Positions 53,625 to 63,873 of a DNA stretch of 64,000 nt are shown piece by piece. Source of the stretch: an uncultured delta proteobacterium. GTDB taxonomy: Bacteria > Desulfobacterota > Desulfomonilia > Desulfomonilales > Desulfomonilaceae. Every line of letters starts with the position of its first letter. The first letter of the stretch is position 1. The DNA lies in NCBI GenBank assembly GCA_963789265.1, contig CAWBKB010000001.1, positions 1,632,001 to 1,696,000 on the forward strand, read 5' to 3'. The position numbers and the translations under genes are program-made. The notes under the pieces are model-generated. The model had not been told where the DNA came from, ran no database searches, and saw only the letters and a program-made list of their open reading frames with translations.

Positions 53625-53858
53625 ATGAAAAGGATTATCGCTCTATGCGCCGTACTGGCCTTGCTGACACCCGCGTATGCCTTCGCGCATGGTGACACCA
53701 TGTATAGGTTGCAAAAGAAGTGGCAGCTTGAGCAAGCTCAGGAACAGCGAGAGTTGCCCTCCATCAAAGGCATCAAAGCTGATGTAGCGAAGGCAATGAA
53801 GTCTTTCCAGACTTGCAAGATTTGCTCAATCCAACAGGAACCGATCAATTCGAAGTGA
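53625..53858 (+). CDS. Small exported protein
   Basis: RBS AGGAG, signal ending AFA-HG, C-term CxxC. Confidence 0.65.
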   Translation: MKRIIALCAVLALLTPAYAFAHGDTMYRLQKKWQLEQAQEQRELPSIKGIKADVAKAMKSFQTCKICSIQQEPINSK

Positions 53859-53930
53859 TCTAGAACCGGATCTGAACAGTGGTCTTAGCCTGCAAGGGTG
53901 GGCCATTGTTCAATCCGGAGGTGCTTTGTC

Positions 53931-54164
53931 ATGAGAAACGTCATTATGGCATTAACTCTCGTCGGGTCTTTGGTCTTAGTTTCCGCTGCTTGGGCACGCG
54001 GAGGGGAAGGAAGAGGAGAGCTGGACCGGATTTGGCATGAACAACGGCTCCAGCAGAGGGAATTGGCCTGTGCACTGAACAAAACCTGTCCGGCCAAGGC
54101 TAAGGCCCTCAGAAACTACATAAACAATCTGCCGAGAATCTGGAAGGCCGACGAAGATGGATGA
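53931..54164 (+). CDS. Small exported protein
   Basis: RBS GGAGG, signal ending AWA. Confidence 0.65.
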   Translation: MRNVIMALTLVGSLVLVSAAWARGGEGRGELDRIWHEQRLQQRELACALNKTCPAKAKALRNYINNLPRIWKADEDG

Positions 54165-54246
54165 CTAAAGACCGGGCTACTGGAATGTCTTGGCGGACTA
54201 TGACTACGGTGGCCGGTGTTCCCGCAGTTATGGGCGGCAAGAGATT

Positions 54247-54533
54247 GTCATTGCGAGTCCCGCGGGACGCGCATTCGCGTTAAGTTAAGGCAATTTCGTT
54301 CCTTTTCAGGAGGTCCATGCAGGCGGAGGGCGTTCAAAGTCCCCCTTTTCTAAAGGGGGATTTAGGGGGATTTTCAAATAGTTATCCAAAAATCCCCCCT
54401 GGCCCCCCTTACGAAAGGGGGGGAACCCCGCGTTTCGCGGGGCGTTAACTTAACGCCTATGCGCGGGACGCGGGAAAGCAATCTCTTCCTCTAATGGCGT
54501 AGATTGCTTCGTCGTTTCACTCCTCGCAATGAC
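54247..54533. repeat. GTCATTGCGAG...CTCGCAATGAC REP-like doublet hosting MITE copy 3
   Basis: GTCATTGCGAG..AAGCAATCT / AGATTGCTTC..CTCGCAATGAC. Confidence 0.7.
54272..54461. mobile_element. IS4-type MITE, copy 3
   Basis: Ends CATTCGCGTTAAGTTAA / TTAACTTAACGCCTATG; exact 11-bp TSD CGCGGGACGCG at 54261-71 and 54462-72. Confidence 0.88.
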
Positions 54534-54687
54534 GGAGAACCGCGAACTCCCCCGTGTGACCGAATGCTTGCGGTCACGGCTGGAAAGGGCTTTACAATGC
54601 TCGCTGCCTACTATAAAAATTGAGGGTAAGCATACGTCTTGCAGATAATGCCCGGACTTGATCAGGCCGGTCTTAAAGGAGGAAAAT

Positions 54688-55101
54688 ATGCAGAGGACCT
54701 TGTCCATAATAAAACCCGACGGCGTCTCAAAGAAACTCATCGGAGAGGTTATCGAGATCTTTGAGAACGCCGGCTTCAAGATAGCTGCTGTAAAGATGAA
54801 GATGTTGAGCCGCGCGGAGGCGGAAGGTTTCTATTACGTGCATAAGGAACGGGCGTTTTTTCAAGAATTAGTGGAATTTATGATATCCGGACCGGTTGTC
54901 GTCATGGTCCTGGAAGGCGACGATGTAATAAAACGGAACCGAGAAATCATGGGCGCCACTGATCCTGCCGAAGCCGAGCCCGGGACCATTCGGGCCAAAT
55001 GGGCAGACAACAAGCAAAATAATATAGTCCACGGCTCCGATTCGGAAGAGAGCGCAAGATTCGAGATTGGTTATTTTTTCAGTGGGATTGAAATCTTTTG
55101 A
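54688..55101 (+). CDS. ndk: Nucleoside diphosphate kinase
   Basis: [27 protein letters not shown]. Confidence 0.97.
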   Translation: MQRTLSIIKPDGVSKKLIGEVIEIFENAGFKIAAVKMKMLSRAEAEGFYYVHKERAFFQELVEFMISGPVVVMVLEGDDVIKRNREIMGATDPAEAEPGTIRAKWADNKQNNIVHGSDSEESARFEIGYFFSGIEIF

Positions 55102-56165
55102 TGTCCTTCAATACAAATACGCATTTTCAATCAAACAGTCCCGATCTGGTGGGGATGTCTAGCCCTGAACTGGAGACTTTTCTCTCCGATCTAGGAAAGG
55201 AACGGTACAGGGCGGCTCAAGTCATGAAGTGGATCCACCAGGAGCTGGAGGAATCTTTTGAAGGGATGACCAACCTTTCCAAGGCTCTGCGCGAGGAACT
55301 TTCCTTCAGGGCCCACATCGGTCGCCCGCAAATTATCAAAGCCTTCCAATCGGATGACGGGACTAGCAAATTCCTCCTGCGCCTTGAAGACGGGCTCTGC
55401 ATCGAGACCGTATTGATTCCGGGAGACGATCACGACACCCTTTGTCTTTCCACCCAGGTGGGATGCGCAATGGGATGTCGAATGTGCCGGACGGCCAAGA
55501 TGGGTCTGATACGTAATCTCACGGCAGGTGAAATCGTCTCTCAGTTGTTGGCCGTGCGCAAAGCTATGCCCGAAAGCCGTGTCACCAATGTGGTTCTCAT
55601 GGGCATGGGAGAGCCATTGGCAAACTTCACAGAGACCGTCAAGGCCATCCGCATCCTTACTCATCCGAACGGGCCGCAGATTTCGTGGAGACATCTGACG
55701 GTATCCACAGCGGGACTGGTTCCCCGGATTCGCGACCTTGGGAACGAAGTCAGGGTAAAATTGGCTGTAAGTCTAAATGCGGTGACCGACGATCAGAGAA
55801 GTGCAATCATGCCCATTAGCCGGACGTACCCGCTGTCTGATCTACTCGATGCACTAAAGACGTATCCGTTGGCCAGGCGTGATCGCATTACCATCGAGTA
55901 TGTCCTGATACGCAAGTTCAACGATTCCGATGCAGACGTGCGGCAGCTTGTGCGGCTGCTCGATCCGATCCGGGCAAAGGTCAATCTTATCCCTTTGAAT
56001 GACGAAGCGGCACCTGACCTTCAACAGCCTACACCACAACGTGTCCAACGGTTTCAGGAAATTCTCATGTCTCGGTCTGTAATGGCGATAGTTCGAAAGT
56101 CCCGGGGGAGGGACATCCTTGCCGCGTGCGGTCAGCTTGCCTCCGAGACGAGGAGCCCCCAGTGA
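55101..56165 (+). CDS. rlmN: 23S rRNA m2A2503 / tRNA methyltransferase
   Basis: CLSTQVGCAMGCRMC, MGMGEP, AACGQL. Confidence 0.95.
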   Translation: MSFNTNTHFQSNSPDLVGMSSPELETFLSDLGKERYRAAQVMKWIHQELEESFEGMTNLSKALREELSFRAHIGRPQIIKAFQSDDGTSKFLLRLEDGLCIETVLIPGDDHDTLCLSTQVGCAMGCRMCRTAKMGLIRNLTAGEIVSQLLAVRKAMPESRVTNVVLMGMGEPLANFTETVKAIRILTHPNGPQISWRHLTVSTAGLVPRIRDLGNEVRVKLAVSLNAVTDDQRSAIMPISRTYPLSDLLDALKTYPLARRDRITIEYVLIRKFNDSDADVRQLVRLLDPIRAKVNLIPLNDEAAPDLQQPTPQRVQRFQEILMSRSVMAIVRKSRGRDILAACGQLASETRSPQ

Positions 56166-57739
56166 CCGGCAGGCTCGATGACCTGATTCCGGCTCTTTCC
56201 GATCCTTCCATATATCCTCACCACCCTGATTCCGTTCAAGTTGTTCAGACCCACATTTCAGTCGTCTTCATCGCCGGAGACCTGGTTTACAAGATCAAGA
56301 AGCCTGTGGATTTGGGGTTTCTCGACTTCACCACTTTGGAGAAACGCAAGTACTTTTGTCGGCAGGAAGTGCGCCTCAATTCGCGCTTCTCTGAAGGAAT
56401 CTACCTCGGTGTTGCCGCAATCCACGAGGGCACGTCAGGGATCAACCTGAAAGGAGAGGGGGCCGAGGTGGAATCTGCCGTGCTGATGCGCAGAATACCT
56501 CACGATCGACTATTGATCAGTATGCTGGAGAATGACCGGGTTACTCCGCAGCTACTCGAGCGCCTTGCCGACCGGCTTGCCTATTTTCATTCGCACGCAG
56601 CCAAAGGACCGCAGATCGCCAGCTTCGGCTCGTCCCAGGTCATCCATCAGAATCTGACAGAGAACTTCGAGCAGACACAGCCTTACATCGGGCGCACTAT
56701 CGACGCGCAGACGCATGAGGCCATTGCGATCCGCTCCCTTGAGTTCCTCGAGAAGCATCAAAGTCTATTTCAGCAGCGGATCGCCGACGGGTTCATCCGC
56801 GACTGCCACGGCGACCTTCATCTGGAGCACGTGGTAATACTGGATGGGATCATGCTCTACGACTGTATCGAGTTTAACGATCGTTTACGTTACGGCGATA
56901 CGGCTGCGGATTTGGCATTTCTACTTATGGACCTTGATTTCCAAGGGTATCCGGCTTACGCGGATCAAATCGGCCTCCGATACGCGGGCACGTCCGAAGA
57001 CGGAGAAATCCTCGGTTTGTTGGGCTTTTACAAATCATACCGCGCCTTTGTTAGAGGGAAGGTGGAAGGATTTATTCTGGACGATCCAGAGATCTCAAAC
57101 ACTGAAAAGGAGGCTGCCAGACAAGTCGCCAAAGATTATTTTCAGCTCTCCTTGGCTTATCTGAATCCACCTCCGCCCCCTGTGCTGGTGATCACCGTGG
57201 GGCTCATGGGAACAGGCAAGAGTTGGCTGGCTTACCGCTTGGGAAAAAGGCTGGGCATCGAGCCGCTTCGCTCTGATGTTATCCGAAAGGAGATTCACGG
57301 GCTATCCCCGCTTGAACGTCGATGGGAGCAGTATGGCACTGGAATTTATTCGGCACAGGCCACAGAGCAAACCTATGAATCTCTCTTGAAAAAAGCTGCC
57401 GAAGCTTTGGAGCGCGGAGAATCCGCCATAATCGACGCGTCTTTCAGCCGGTTTCGTTATCGAGAGAGCGCCCACGATTTGGCCGTCAGGACCGGGGCGA
57501 GGTTCAGACTGATCGAATGCACAGCCCCCGATACGTTAGCAAGGAAAAGGCTGGAAAAGCGAAGCATCAAGGCCGACGAGCCTTCGGATGGAAGGTGGGA
57601 GGTCTTTAAAATCCAAGAGGCCGACTTTGAACATTTAAGAGACAGCGAGCGCCCACACGTCCGACGGCGGGATTCTACGACGGATCAGAACAATTTTCCT
57701 GGAAGCTTTGTGCGGGAACTCTTGTGTGCTTCACAATAG
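56162..57739 (+). CDS. Aminoglycoside-phosphotransferase-like / P-loop ATPase fusion
   Basis: QTHIS, YKIKKPV..GFLDF, CHGDLH, DCIEFN, GLMGTGKS. Confidence 0.88.
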   Translation: MTGRLDDLIPALSDPSIYPHHPDSVQVVQTHISVVFIAGDLVYKIKKPVDLGFLDFTTLEKRKYFCRQEVRLNSRFSEGIYLGVAAIHEGTSGINLKGEGAEVESAVLMRRIPHDRLLISMLENDRVTPQLLERLADRLAYFHSHAAKGPQIASFGSSQVIHQNLTENFEQTQPYIGRTIDAQTHEAIAIRSLEFLEKHQSLFQQRIADGFIRDCHGDLHLEHVVILDGIMLYDCIEFNDRLRYGDTAADLAFLLMDLDFQGYPAYADQIGLRYAGTSEDGEILGLLGFYKSYRAFVRGKVEGFILDDPEISNTEKEAARQVAKDYFQLSLAYLNPPPPPVLVITVGLMGTGKSWLAYRLGKRLGIEPLRSDVIRKEIHGLSPLERRWEQYGTGIYSAQATEQTYESLLKKAAEALERGESAIIDASFSRFRYRESAHDLAVRTGARFRLIECTAPDTLARKRLEKRSIKADEPSDGRWEVFKIQEADFEHLRDSERPHVRRRDSTTDQNNFPGSFVRELLCASQ

Positions 57740-57902
57740 CCTAATGAATCTATTATGTAATAAAAGACATATTAAATTAGTATGTTAATATGGTTAATTA
57801 ATGCGTAAATTTAATGAAATATTGTAACTACCATGTAATTCTGATATAGACCTGAGCACATGGATGAGCCGGTCATCCAATCTCTCCTGGAGTCGGAGAC
57901 AA

Positions 57903-58805
57903 ATGAAGAATCTGGTGACGCTGTGCTGGTGCGTGGCTGCAACTGCGGTTGGGATGTGGGGCTGTGTGCCTCTAATGAATAGCTCTAGGGGGGACGTGAA
58001 GAAGGACGTGCAACTGCACTATCAACTGGGCATAAGCTATCTGAGCGAGGGGAAGACTCCCCAAGCCGTCAAGGAACTGCTCGCAGCCGAGGCATTGGCG
58101 CACTCAAATGGAGATATCGAACACGCGCTCGGCCTGGCTTATCAGCAGAAAGGGCTGTACGACAAGGCTATAGAGCAATACAAAAAAGCTCTTAAACTCG
58201 AGCCGAAATTGACCGAGGCGCGCAATAATCTTGGCACGGCATATTTAGCTAAAGGTCAATACGACGAGGCGATCAGTAAGTTTCAGGAGTGTTTGAAGGA
58301 CCCACTTTATTCGACTCCGGACAAAGCGGCCTACAATATAGGGGTTGCTTATTTCAAGAAGAAGGATCTGGACAAAGCCATCGAGAATTACGAAAAGGCC
58401 GTGAGATTAAAAGAAGATAATACCAGTGCCCTCTACAATCTTGCATTCTGCCTCCAGGAAAAGAAAAACTATGCCAAGGCATTGGAATGCTACAAGAAGG
58501 TGGCAAATCTGGACCCTACATTCAAAGAAGCGTATTATAGGATGGGCCTGATCTACGAAGACCAACAAGATTACCCCAAGGCATTAAGGTCATTAAATAA
58601 AGCCACTGCGACCGACCCGGACTATATGGTTGCGTATTTCCATGCCGGTAGTATACTGGCCAAGACCGGTGAAGTGGACAAGGCGCTGAAAAAATTACAG
58701 ATGGTGGCAAAGGCTGAGCCGGAAAGCGCCATCGGTAAGAAGGCCAGAGAAATTATCGGCCACTTGAATGTCAAACGGCTTTCTGCCAGACGCTCCGGCG
58801 GTTGA
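57903..58805 (+). CDS. TPR lipoprotein (PilF/PilW-like)
   Basis: Lipobox-like WGC, repeated TPRs, DPLYSTP. Confidence 0.8.
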   Translation: MKNLVTLCWCVAATAVGMWGCVPLMNSSRGDVKKDVQLHYQLGISYLSEGKTPQAVKELLAAEALAHSNGDIEHALGLAYQQKGLYDKAIEQYKKALKLEPKLTEARNNLGTAYLAKGQYDEAISKFQECLKDPLYSTPDKAAYNIGVAYFKKKDLDKAIENYEKAVRLKEDNTSALYNLAFCLQEKKNYAKALECYKKVANLDPTFKEAYYRMGLIYEDQQDYPKALRSLNKATATDPDYMVAYFHAGSILAKTGEVDKALKKLQMVAKAEPESAIGKKAREIIGHLNVKRLSARRSGG

Positions 58806-58884
58806 ACTCCACCTCACTTCACAGGATCCGCGATGGGCGAGGGCAGGGCCGAGATTTGGCCCCGGCACATAAAGGGAGTTTCGT

Positions 58885-59490
58885 ATGCCGAAAATTGAGA
58901 GAGCGCTGATAAGTGTGACTGACAAGGCCGGCATTGATGATCTGGGGAAAGCCCTGGTCGAATTCGGCGTAGAAATCCTTTCCACGGGCGGAACGGCCCG
59001 CGCCCTGTCTAATGCGGGAATCAAAATCCGAGAGGTCTCAGACTTCACCGGCTTTCCGGAAATGCTCGACGGTAGAGTCAAAACTTTGCATCCCAGGATA
59101 CACGGCGGCATACTGGGCATTCGATCCTTGCCTGAACATGTCCGAGCGATGGAAGAGCATAAGATACTGCCCATCGATCTGGTGGCTGTCAATCTTTACG
59201 CTTTTGAGAAGGCTGTCGCGTGGCCTGACTGCACCCTTGCGCAAGCCATCGAAAACATCGACATAGGCGGTCCGACTCTGCTCCGCGCTGCTGCGAAGAA
59301 CTATCCGTTTGTGACGGTCATAACCGACCCCGCTGACTATGCACTGATAACAAGTGAAATGAGACAATCCGGCGGGTCCGTGTCGGAGGCGACAAACTTC
59401 AAACTCGCCAAGAAGGTTTTCCGCAACACGCAGGCGTATGATGCTGCAATCACGCGGTATTTAGATACAGTGGCCGGCACGGGAAACTGA
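58885..59490 (+). CDS. purH: IMP cyclohydrolase (PurH N-terminal domain only)
   Basis: [31 protein letters not shown]; stop at aa 201. Confidence 0.88.
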   Translation: MPKIERALISVTDKAGIDDLGKALVEFGVEILSTGGTARALSNAGIKIREVSDFTGFPEMLDGRVKTLHPRIHGGILGIRSLPEHVRAMEEHKILPIDLVAVNLYAFEKAVAWPDCTLAQAIENIDIGGPTLLRAAAKNYPFVTVITDPADYALITSEMRQSGGSVSEATNFKLAKKVFRNTQAYDAAITRYLDTVAGTGN

Positions 59491-59517
59491 GTGCGCCGGG
59501 CTGCTTTCGCGAAAATC

Positions 59518-60039
59518 ATGTCAATTCAAGTCGGTATAGTAATGGGCAGCGACTCGGATCTCCCCGTGATGAGGAAGGCTGCGGAGATTCTCGAACGATT
59601 CGATATTCCTCATTGCATGACCGTGGCCTCGGCACATCGGACTCCGGAAAAGGTTGCCGCGCTTGCCCTAAGGGCGGAAAAAGAGGGCTGGAAGGTCATT
59701 ATAGCCGGCGCGGGCATGGCAGCGCACCTTGCAGGTTTTCTGGCGGCTCATACCATTGTGCCGATCCTCGGAGTCCCCCTGGCGTCGTCAACTCTGGGGG
59801 GCTTGGATGCCCTTCTGTCTACAGTGCAAATGCCGAGCGGTGTGCCCGTGGGAGCCATGGCCCTCGGGGCTGCGGGAGCTAAGAATGCCGGACTCTTTGC
59901 CGTCCAGATCCTGGCCGCGTCAGATCGTTCCTTGCAAGAGAAATTGCGTCAATATCGTCGAGAGCAACGAGAATCCATAGAAGAGAAAGCGGCACAAGTG
60001 GAAGCGGGAAGGGAAGGAGAACAGAGAGAATCGGAATAA
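59518..60039 (+). CDS. purE: N5-CAIR mutase
   Basis: MGSDSD, SAHRTP, IAGAGMAAHL, STVQMP.GVPV. Confidence 0.95.
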   Translation: MSIQVGIVMGSDSDLPVMRKAAEILERFDIPHCMTVASAHRTPEKVAALALRAEKEGWKVIIAGAGMAAHLAGFLAAHTIVPILGVPLASSTLGGLDALLSTVQMPSGVPVGAMALGAAGAKNAGLFAVQILAASDRSLQEKLRQYRREQRESIEEKAAQVEAGREGEQRESE

Positions 60040-60225
60040 GCGCTCCTTTAATCTTGCCGCTACACTTCGCGTGTGCGCAGGGAATGACGAACATTGAATC
60101 GGCGGGTAAGATGCCCACCCTACTGTCAGGTGTGGGATGTGGTGAACCCGCCAACGACGGGAGAACCGCATCTGTAACGGCTTTGCCCCTGTCTCTTACT
60201 TCATCGGTACGTCAGCCTCTTCTTC

Positions 60226-61524
60226 TCAGTCCTCGAAATTTCCCTCGGGTCTTCTGTCCCTGCCCAACGATGCCCCTCTCTCCCTGATCTTCTCCTCAGT
60301 CCATTGGGCTGAGTCCTCTATCATCCGGGATGCTTTGGGCCCTAAATGGTACGAACCTGCCTTCAGTATGGCCTCAACAGCCAACGGTGCCGTATCATTC
60401 CCATTAAAAACCGCGGTGATAAGGCGATAAACGAAGTCTTCCACCGCTTGGACCATTCTTTCCCGCTCTTCACGGGCGAGCCCTAGCAGCTTGTTCTCAA
60501 AGGGACGGTTTAATTTCTTGAAGTCACCGCCCTTCCAGCCCTTCTCTTTGGCGTATGAGGTCATCTTCGCCCACATGGGGACAGAAGGCCCTGTGTCCGG
60601 CATTTTGATAAAGTCTCCGTCCTGATCCTGTAAAGCGTTGCCGTACTCATTTACCTTGAGACCCCATGAAACCATCTGGAGCGCTGTCGCAACATTTGCT
60701 TTGGTGGTATGAGTTTCACGGGCGATTGCACGCAGCCGCTCGAAACTGTTTCCGGAGGTGCCGTGCTGGGCTCCCGAGATGTGGAACTTCTCCAGAGCCC
60801 TGTGAATATTGGCCGTCAATTCCACTTGTATACCCGCATCGCTGGCCTCAATCCCGTGCGTAGTGCCGTTGTTAAGTGCGATCCAGTCAGGAAATATGTC
60901 GTGCGCGGTCAAGCCCTGAATCAGAAACAGCGCCTCCTCAGCAGTAGAGAGCCCTTCTTTTCCCTTGATCTCCCCCACTTCAGTTTCGTAGCCCGCCCAA
61001 GCAGGGAAATATTTGTTCAATTCGATATTTGCAAGGAGGTTGTCCGCGTCGGGAAGATGGGAGGCGTCAATGGCGATGGACGTGATCCCTGCGTCGAACA
61101 TGCTGGGAATCTCCACCTTAGCGGTTTCTTTGTCTTTATAGCTCTTAATCCCGTAATGGTCTGCGTGAATCGCGACAGGGACTGTGATGCCCAATTCGTT
61201 ACAGATGGCATCCACCAGTCTGGCCATATTCCAGAGGCTGACGTCACAATAGGCTTCCGCTCCGCCTTCGGACTTGGCGATTTCTATAAGGATGGCCGAA
61301 TTAGCCTTCTCTGCGGCCCTCAATGCACCGCGCGCGACAAAGGAACTCCGTACGCTCGCGGCAATGGCTATTGCATGCCCCTTGGCGATCATGGCTCGGT
61401 CGATTACCTTGCCACTGACAATGAGCGCCCTGGAATTCGGAAACAATTTCTTTACATTGGGCGGCCGCCCGATTTCCAAAGCCTTGTTAAAGTCGCTTGT
61501 CGAAGTGCCTGTATGTGCTTGCAT
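60226..61524 (-). CDS. Class II fructose-bisphosphate aldolase-family protein
   Basis: IHADH, DASH, E.EVGEI, NGTTHG, QHGTSG, KANVAT. Confidence 0.88.
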   Translation of the reverse strand: MQAHTGTSTSDFNKALEIGRPPNVKKLFPNSRALIVSGKVIDRAMIAKGHAIAIAASVRSSFVARGALRAAEKANSAILIEIAKSEGGAEAYCDVSLWNMARLVDAICNELGITVPVAIHADHYGIKSYKDKETAKVEIPSMFDAGITSIAIDASHLPDADNLLANIELNKYFPAWAGYETEVGEIKGKEGLSTAEEALFLIQGLTAHDIFPDWIALNNGTTHGIEASDAGIQVELTANIHRALEKFHISGAQHGTSGNSFERLRAIARETHTTKANVATALQMVSWGLKVNEYGNALQDQDGDFIKMPDTGPSVPMWAKMTSYAKEKGWKGGDFKKLNRPFENKLLGLAREERERMVQAVEDFVYRLITAVFNGNDTAPLAVEAILKAGSYHLGPKASRMIEDSAQWTEEKIRERGASLGRDRRPEGNFED

Positions 61525-61919
61525 GGTTTCCTCCATTGACTTTCTTTTCAGAGCTGCAAAGGTTCAAAAAAGACGGCCAACTGTTTCTCGCGGCTCACCG
61601 ATCCGAGACTCAGCCTCCGTCTGGTCGCAACGGTATCACATCAAATATCGCAACAATGTAATCTGTCAGCATTGAGAAATTAAGTTTCCACGTGTAGGGC
61701 TGCCCTCCGATCGGTCGGTAATCGTTGCCATCCCCGCGTCTAGAGTATAATAGCAGAGCGCTCCTCACACAACACTTAGATAACTTCTGTGGATTATCTC
61801 TTTGCGAGAGGGGAGAGGGGCCGTGATCCGCCGACCCGGGGAAAGAAGCGTCCGGTTCTATCGCCGCTTTTTCAGCTATGACGCAATGCAAGCCACCACG
61901 GCCTGCAACAGGAAGACAA

Positions 61920-62414
61920 CTAATTCCTCGTACCAGTGCTTCTTGATTTGACTGCAACTTTCTTGGCGCTGCGCTCCCACTGGATTTGGGCGGGGGGATA
62001 ACCGGAGGCATTAAGTATCTTGAGGTCGTAGTCGATCCGCCTAGGGCCCGATGGTGCCTTCTTCAGGATGCATCTGACCGCCCCAAAATGCAGGGGACGG
62101 AAGGCGTCGGAATCGCGCAGAAGGTACCGGGTACCGTCAAAATTGAACTCAGCGTTCTTAATCCACCACAAAGTCCCGTTATGGAGTTCGACTTTCAAAT
62201 AAGGAGTCCCGTCATCTTCGCGGAATCGGAGATACCCGGTTGCGAAGACTTTACTTAGATCGGACTCGCCGAGTGCTTCGTACGGAGGGGTAGAAATGGA
62301 GCCTTGAAGCATCCACGCGACAATACCCATTGCTGCCATAAAGACCACACCGATTACGGCAGCAACAAGGTATATCTCGTTTCGCCTGAATGTCGCCAGT
62401 AACCGTTTTCTCAT
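61920..62414 (-). CDS. Hypothetical membrane-anchored protein
   Basis: Single N-terminal TM; ATGA overlap with the upstream pilin-like gene. Confidence 0.65.
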   Translation of the reverse strand: MRKRLLATFRRNEIYLVAAVIGVVFMAAMGIVAWMLQGSISTPPYEALGESDLSKVFATGYLRFREDDGTPYLKVELHNGTLWWIKNAEFNFDGTRYLLRDSDAFRPLHFGAVRCILKKAPSGPRRIDYDLKILNASGYPPAQIQWERSAKKVAVKSRSTGTRN

Positions 62415-62860
62415 CCAGTCCCGTCCTGGACTCGCGATACCGTGGTCATCTTTCCCGCTTCAGAGTCATAACGGTGCAACACCTTGCTCGCACTGTAAAA
62501 AGACTGGCCGGTAAACGCTGTCTTGTCTTTTCCGCGTGCCTTCAGGCTCAAGGTTACCTTCGGCGGTATCTGGACTTTAGTTTGCTTCCCGTCAGGTGTG
62601 GAGAGAAAGACATCGTCGCCATTACCCGACAATTCCGCATCAAAGTAGTGATGCTGTTTGGCGAAGAAATCCTCTTCGGCCTTAGCTGCCAACATCAGGA
62701 CCCGCGCGGCCTGCTCACTCATCCTGCGCTCCCGGTAGGAGTCGATAAGAGAAAAATAGATTACCGACAATACCGCAATAATTGCAATCGCACACACCAT
62801 CTCGAGAATCGTAAATCCAGCCTCGGATCTTGAAACGTTCATTGCAGAAAATCTCCTCAT
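62411..62860 (-). CDS. Type IV pilin-like protein
   Basis: Prepilin site AG|FTILEMV followed by a hydrophobic helix. Confidence 0.85.
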   Translation of the reverse strand: MRRFSAMNVSRSEAGFTILEMVCAIAIIAVLSVIYFSLIDSYRERRMSEQAARVLMLAAKAEEDFFAKQHHYFDAELSGNGDDVFLSTPDGKQTKVQIPPKVTLSLKARGKDKTAFTGQSFYSASKVLHRYDSEAGKMTTVSRVQDGTG

Positions 62861-63024
62861 CGCTCAGCCGTTTTTCCCGAATCTCAAACAGGCCAAGTAA
62901 CCTGCCTCTCGGTCATTTCGCCACACATCACCATGGACTCCGGTGCGGAACCGGCAGGCAGTCTACTTCGAACACGGTTACTAATTCATATTGAGCTGAT
63001 TGTCAAGATATATAAGCTGTAGAT

Positions 63025-63873
63025 TCAAATGGTTATAGAGCCTTCAAAAACAGATACGGCATTTCCCGTCATAACAACGGTAAATCCAAGGCCTTTCCAC
63101 TCTATTATCAATTCGCCACCTCGAAGCTGCACCGTGGCTGTGGAATTTACCAGCCCCTTGAGACCTGCCGCGACCGCGGCCGCGCACGCGCCGGTGCCGC
63201 AGGAGAATGTTTCCCCGCTGCCCCGTTCCCAGACCCTCATCACAATGCTGGTACGATCGACCACTCGGATGAACTCGACATTGGTCTTAGCCGGGAATAG
63301 CGGGTGATTTTCGATTGCCGGCCCGTATCGTTGGGGCAGGGGCCCCGGATCATCCTCGACCACAATAACGCAGTGAGGATTGCCCATAGAGAGAACCGAA
63401 GCTGAGAAAGTCCGGCCTTCAATTTCCACTGGATAATTCAGGACAGGGGTAGCGGCCGAGTGAATTTTGGCGGGAACTCTTTCCGGCTCAAAAATCGGTT
63501 CGCCCATGTCAACTCGCACTGCATTCGTTTTCCCGTCGGGGCCGAGAATCAGTTCAAGGGTCTTTATACCGGCCCTGGTTTGCACCTGGAGAGTTGTTTT
63601 GTGGGTCAGGCTCTTGTCGTATGCATACTTGGCAAGACAACGAATTCCGTTGCCGCACATTTCTGCCAAAGAGCCATCCGCGTTAATATAATCCATGAAG
63701 AAGTCGGCTGCTGAGGAATTCCTGACTATTATTATCCCATCGGCCCCCACTCCGGCGCGGCGATCGCAGACATGGGCGACCTGCTCGGGAGAAAGTGTCA
63801 CACAGTCCTCAAGATCGTGGAACAGGACAAAGTCGTTAAGTGTTCCGTGCATTTTCTGGAAATTGATTCTCAT
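63025..63873 (-). CDS. dapF: Diaminopimelate epimerase
   Basis: KMHG..NDF, NADGS.AEMCGNGIRC, GNPH, WERG.GET..CGTGACA. Confidence 0.95.
   Translation of the reverse strand: MRINFQKMHGTLNDFVLFHDLEDCVTLSPEQVAHVCDRRAGVGADGIIIVRNSSAADFFMDYINADGSLAEMCGNGIRCLAKYAYDKSLTHKTTLQVQTRAGIKTLELILGPDGKTNAVRVDMGEPIFEPERVPAKIHSAATPVLNYPVEIEGRTFSASVLSMGNPHCVIVVEDDPGPLPQRYGPAIENHPLFPAKTNVEFIRVVDRTSIVMRVWERGSGETFSCGTGACAAAVAAGLKGLVNSTATVQLRGGELIIEWKGLGFTVVMTGNAVSVFEGSITI

Noticed and set aside
57740..57850. Replication origin unwinding element
   Set aside because: No DnaA-box cluster or origin-associated genes
60709..61539. 276-aa plus-strand ORF
   Set aside because: Antisense shadow of the aldolase gene
61725..61875. 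Plus-strand promoter (TTGCCA-15 bp-TATAAT) and possible sRNA
   Set aside because: Spacer too short, weak terminator and no recognisable RNA family
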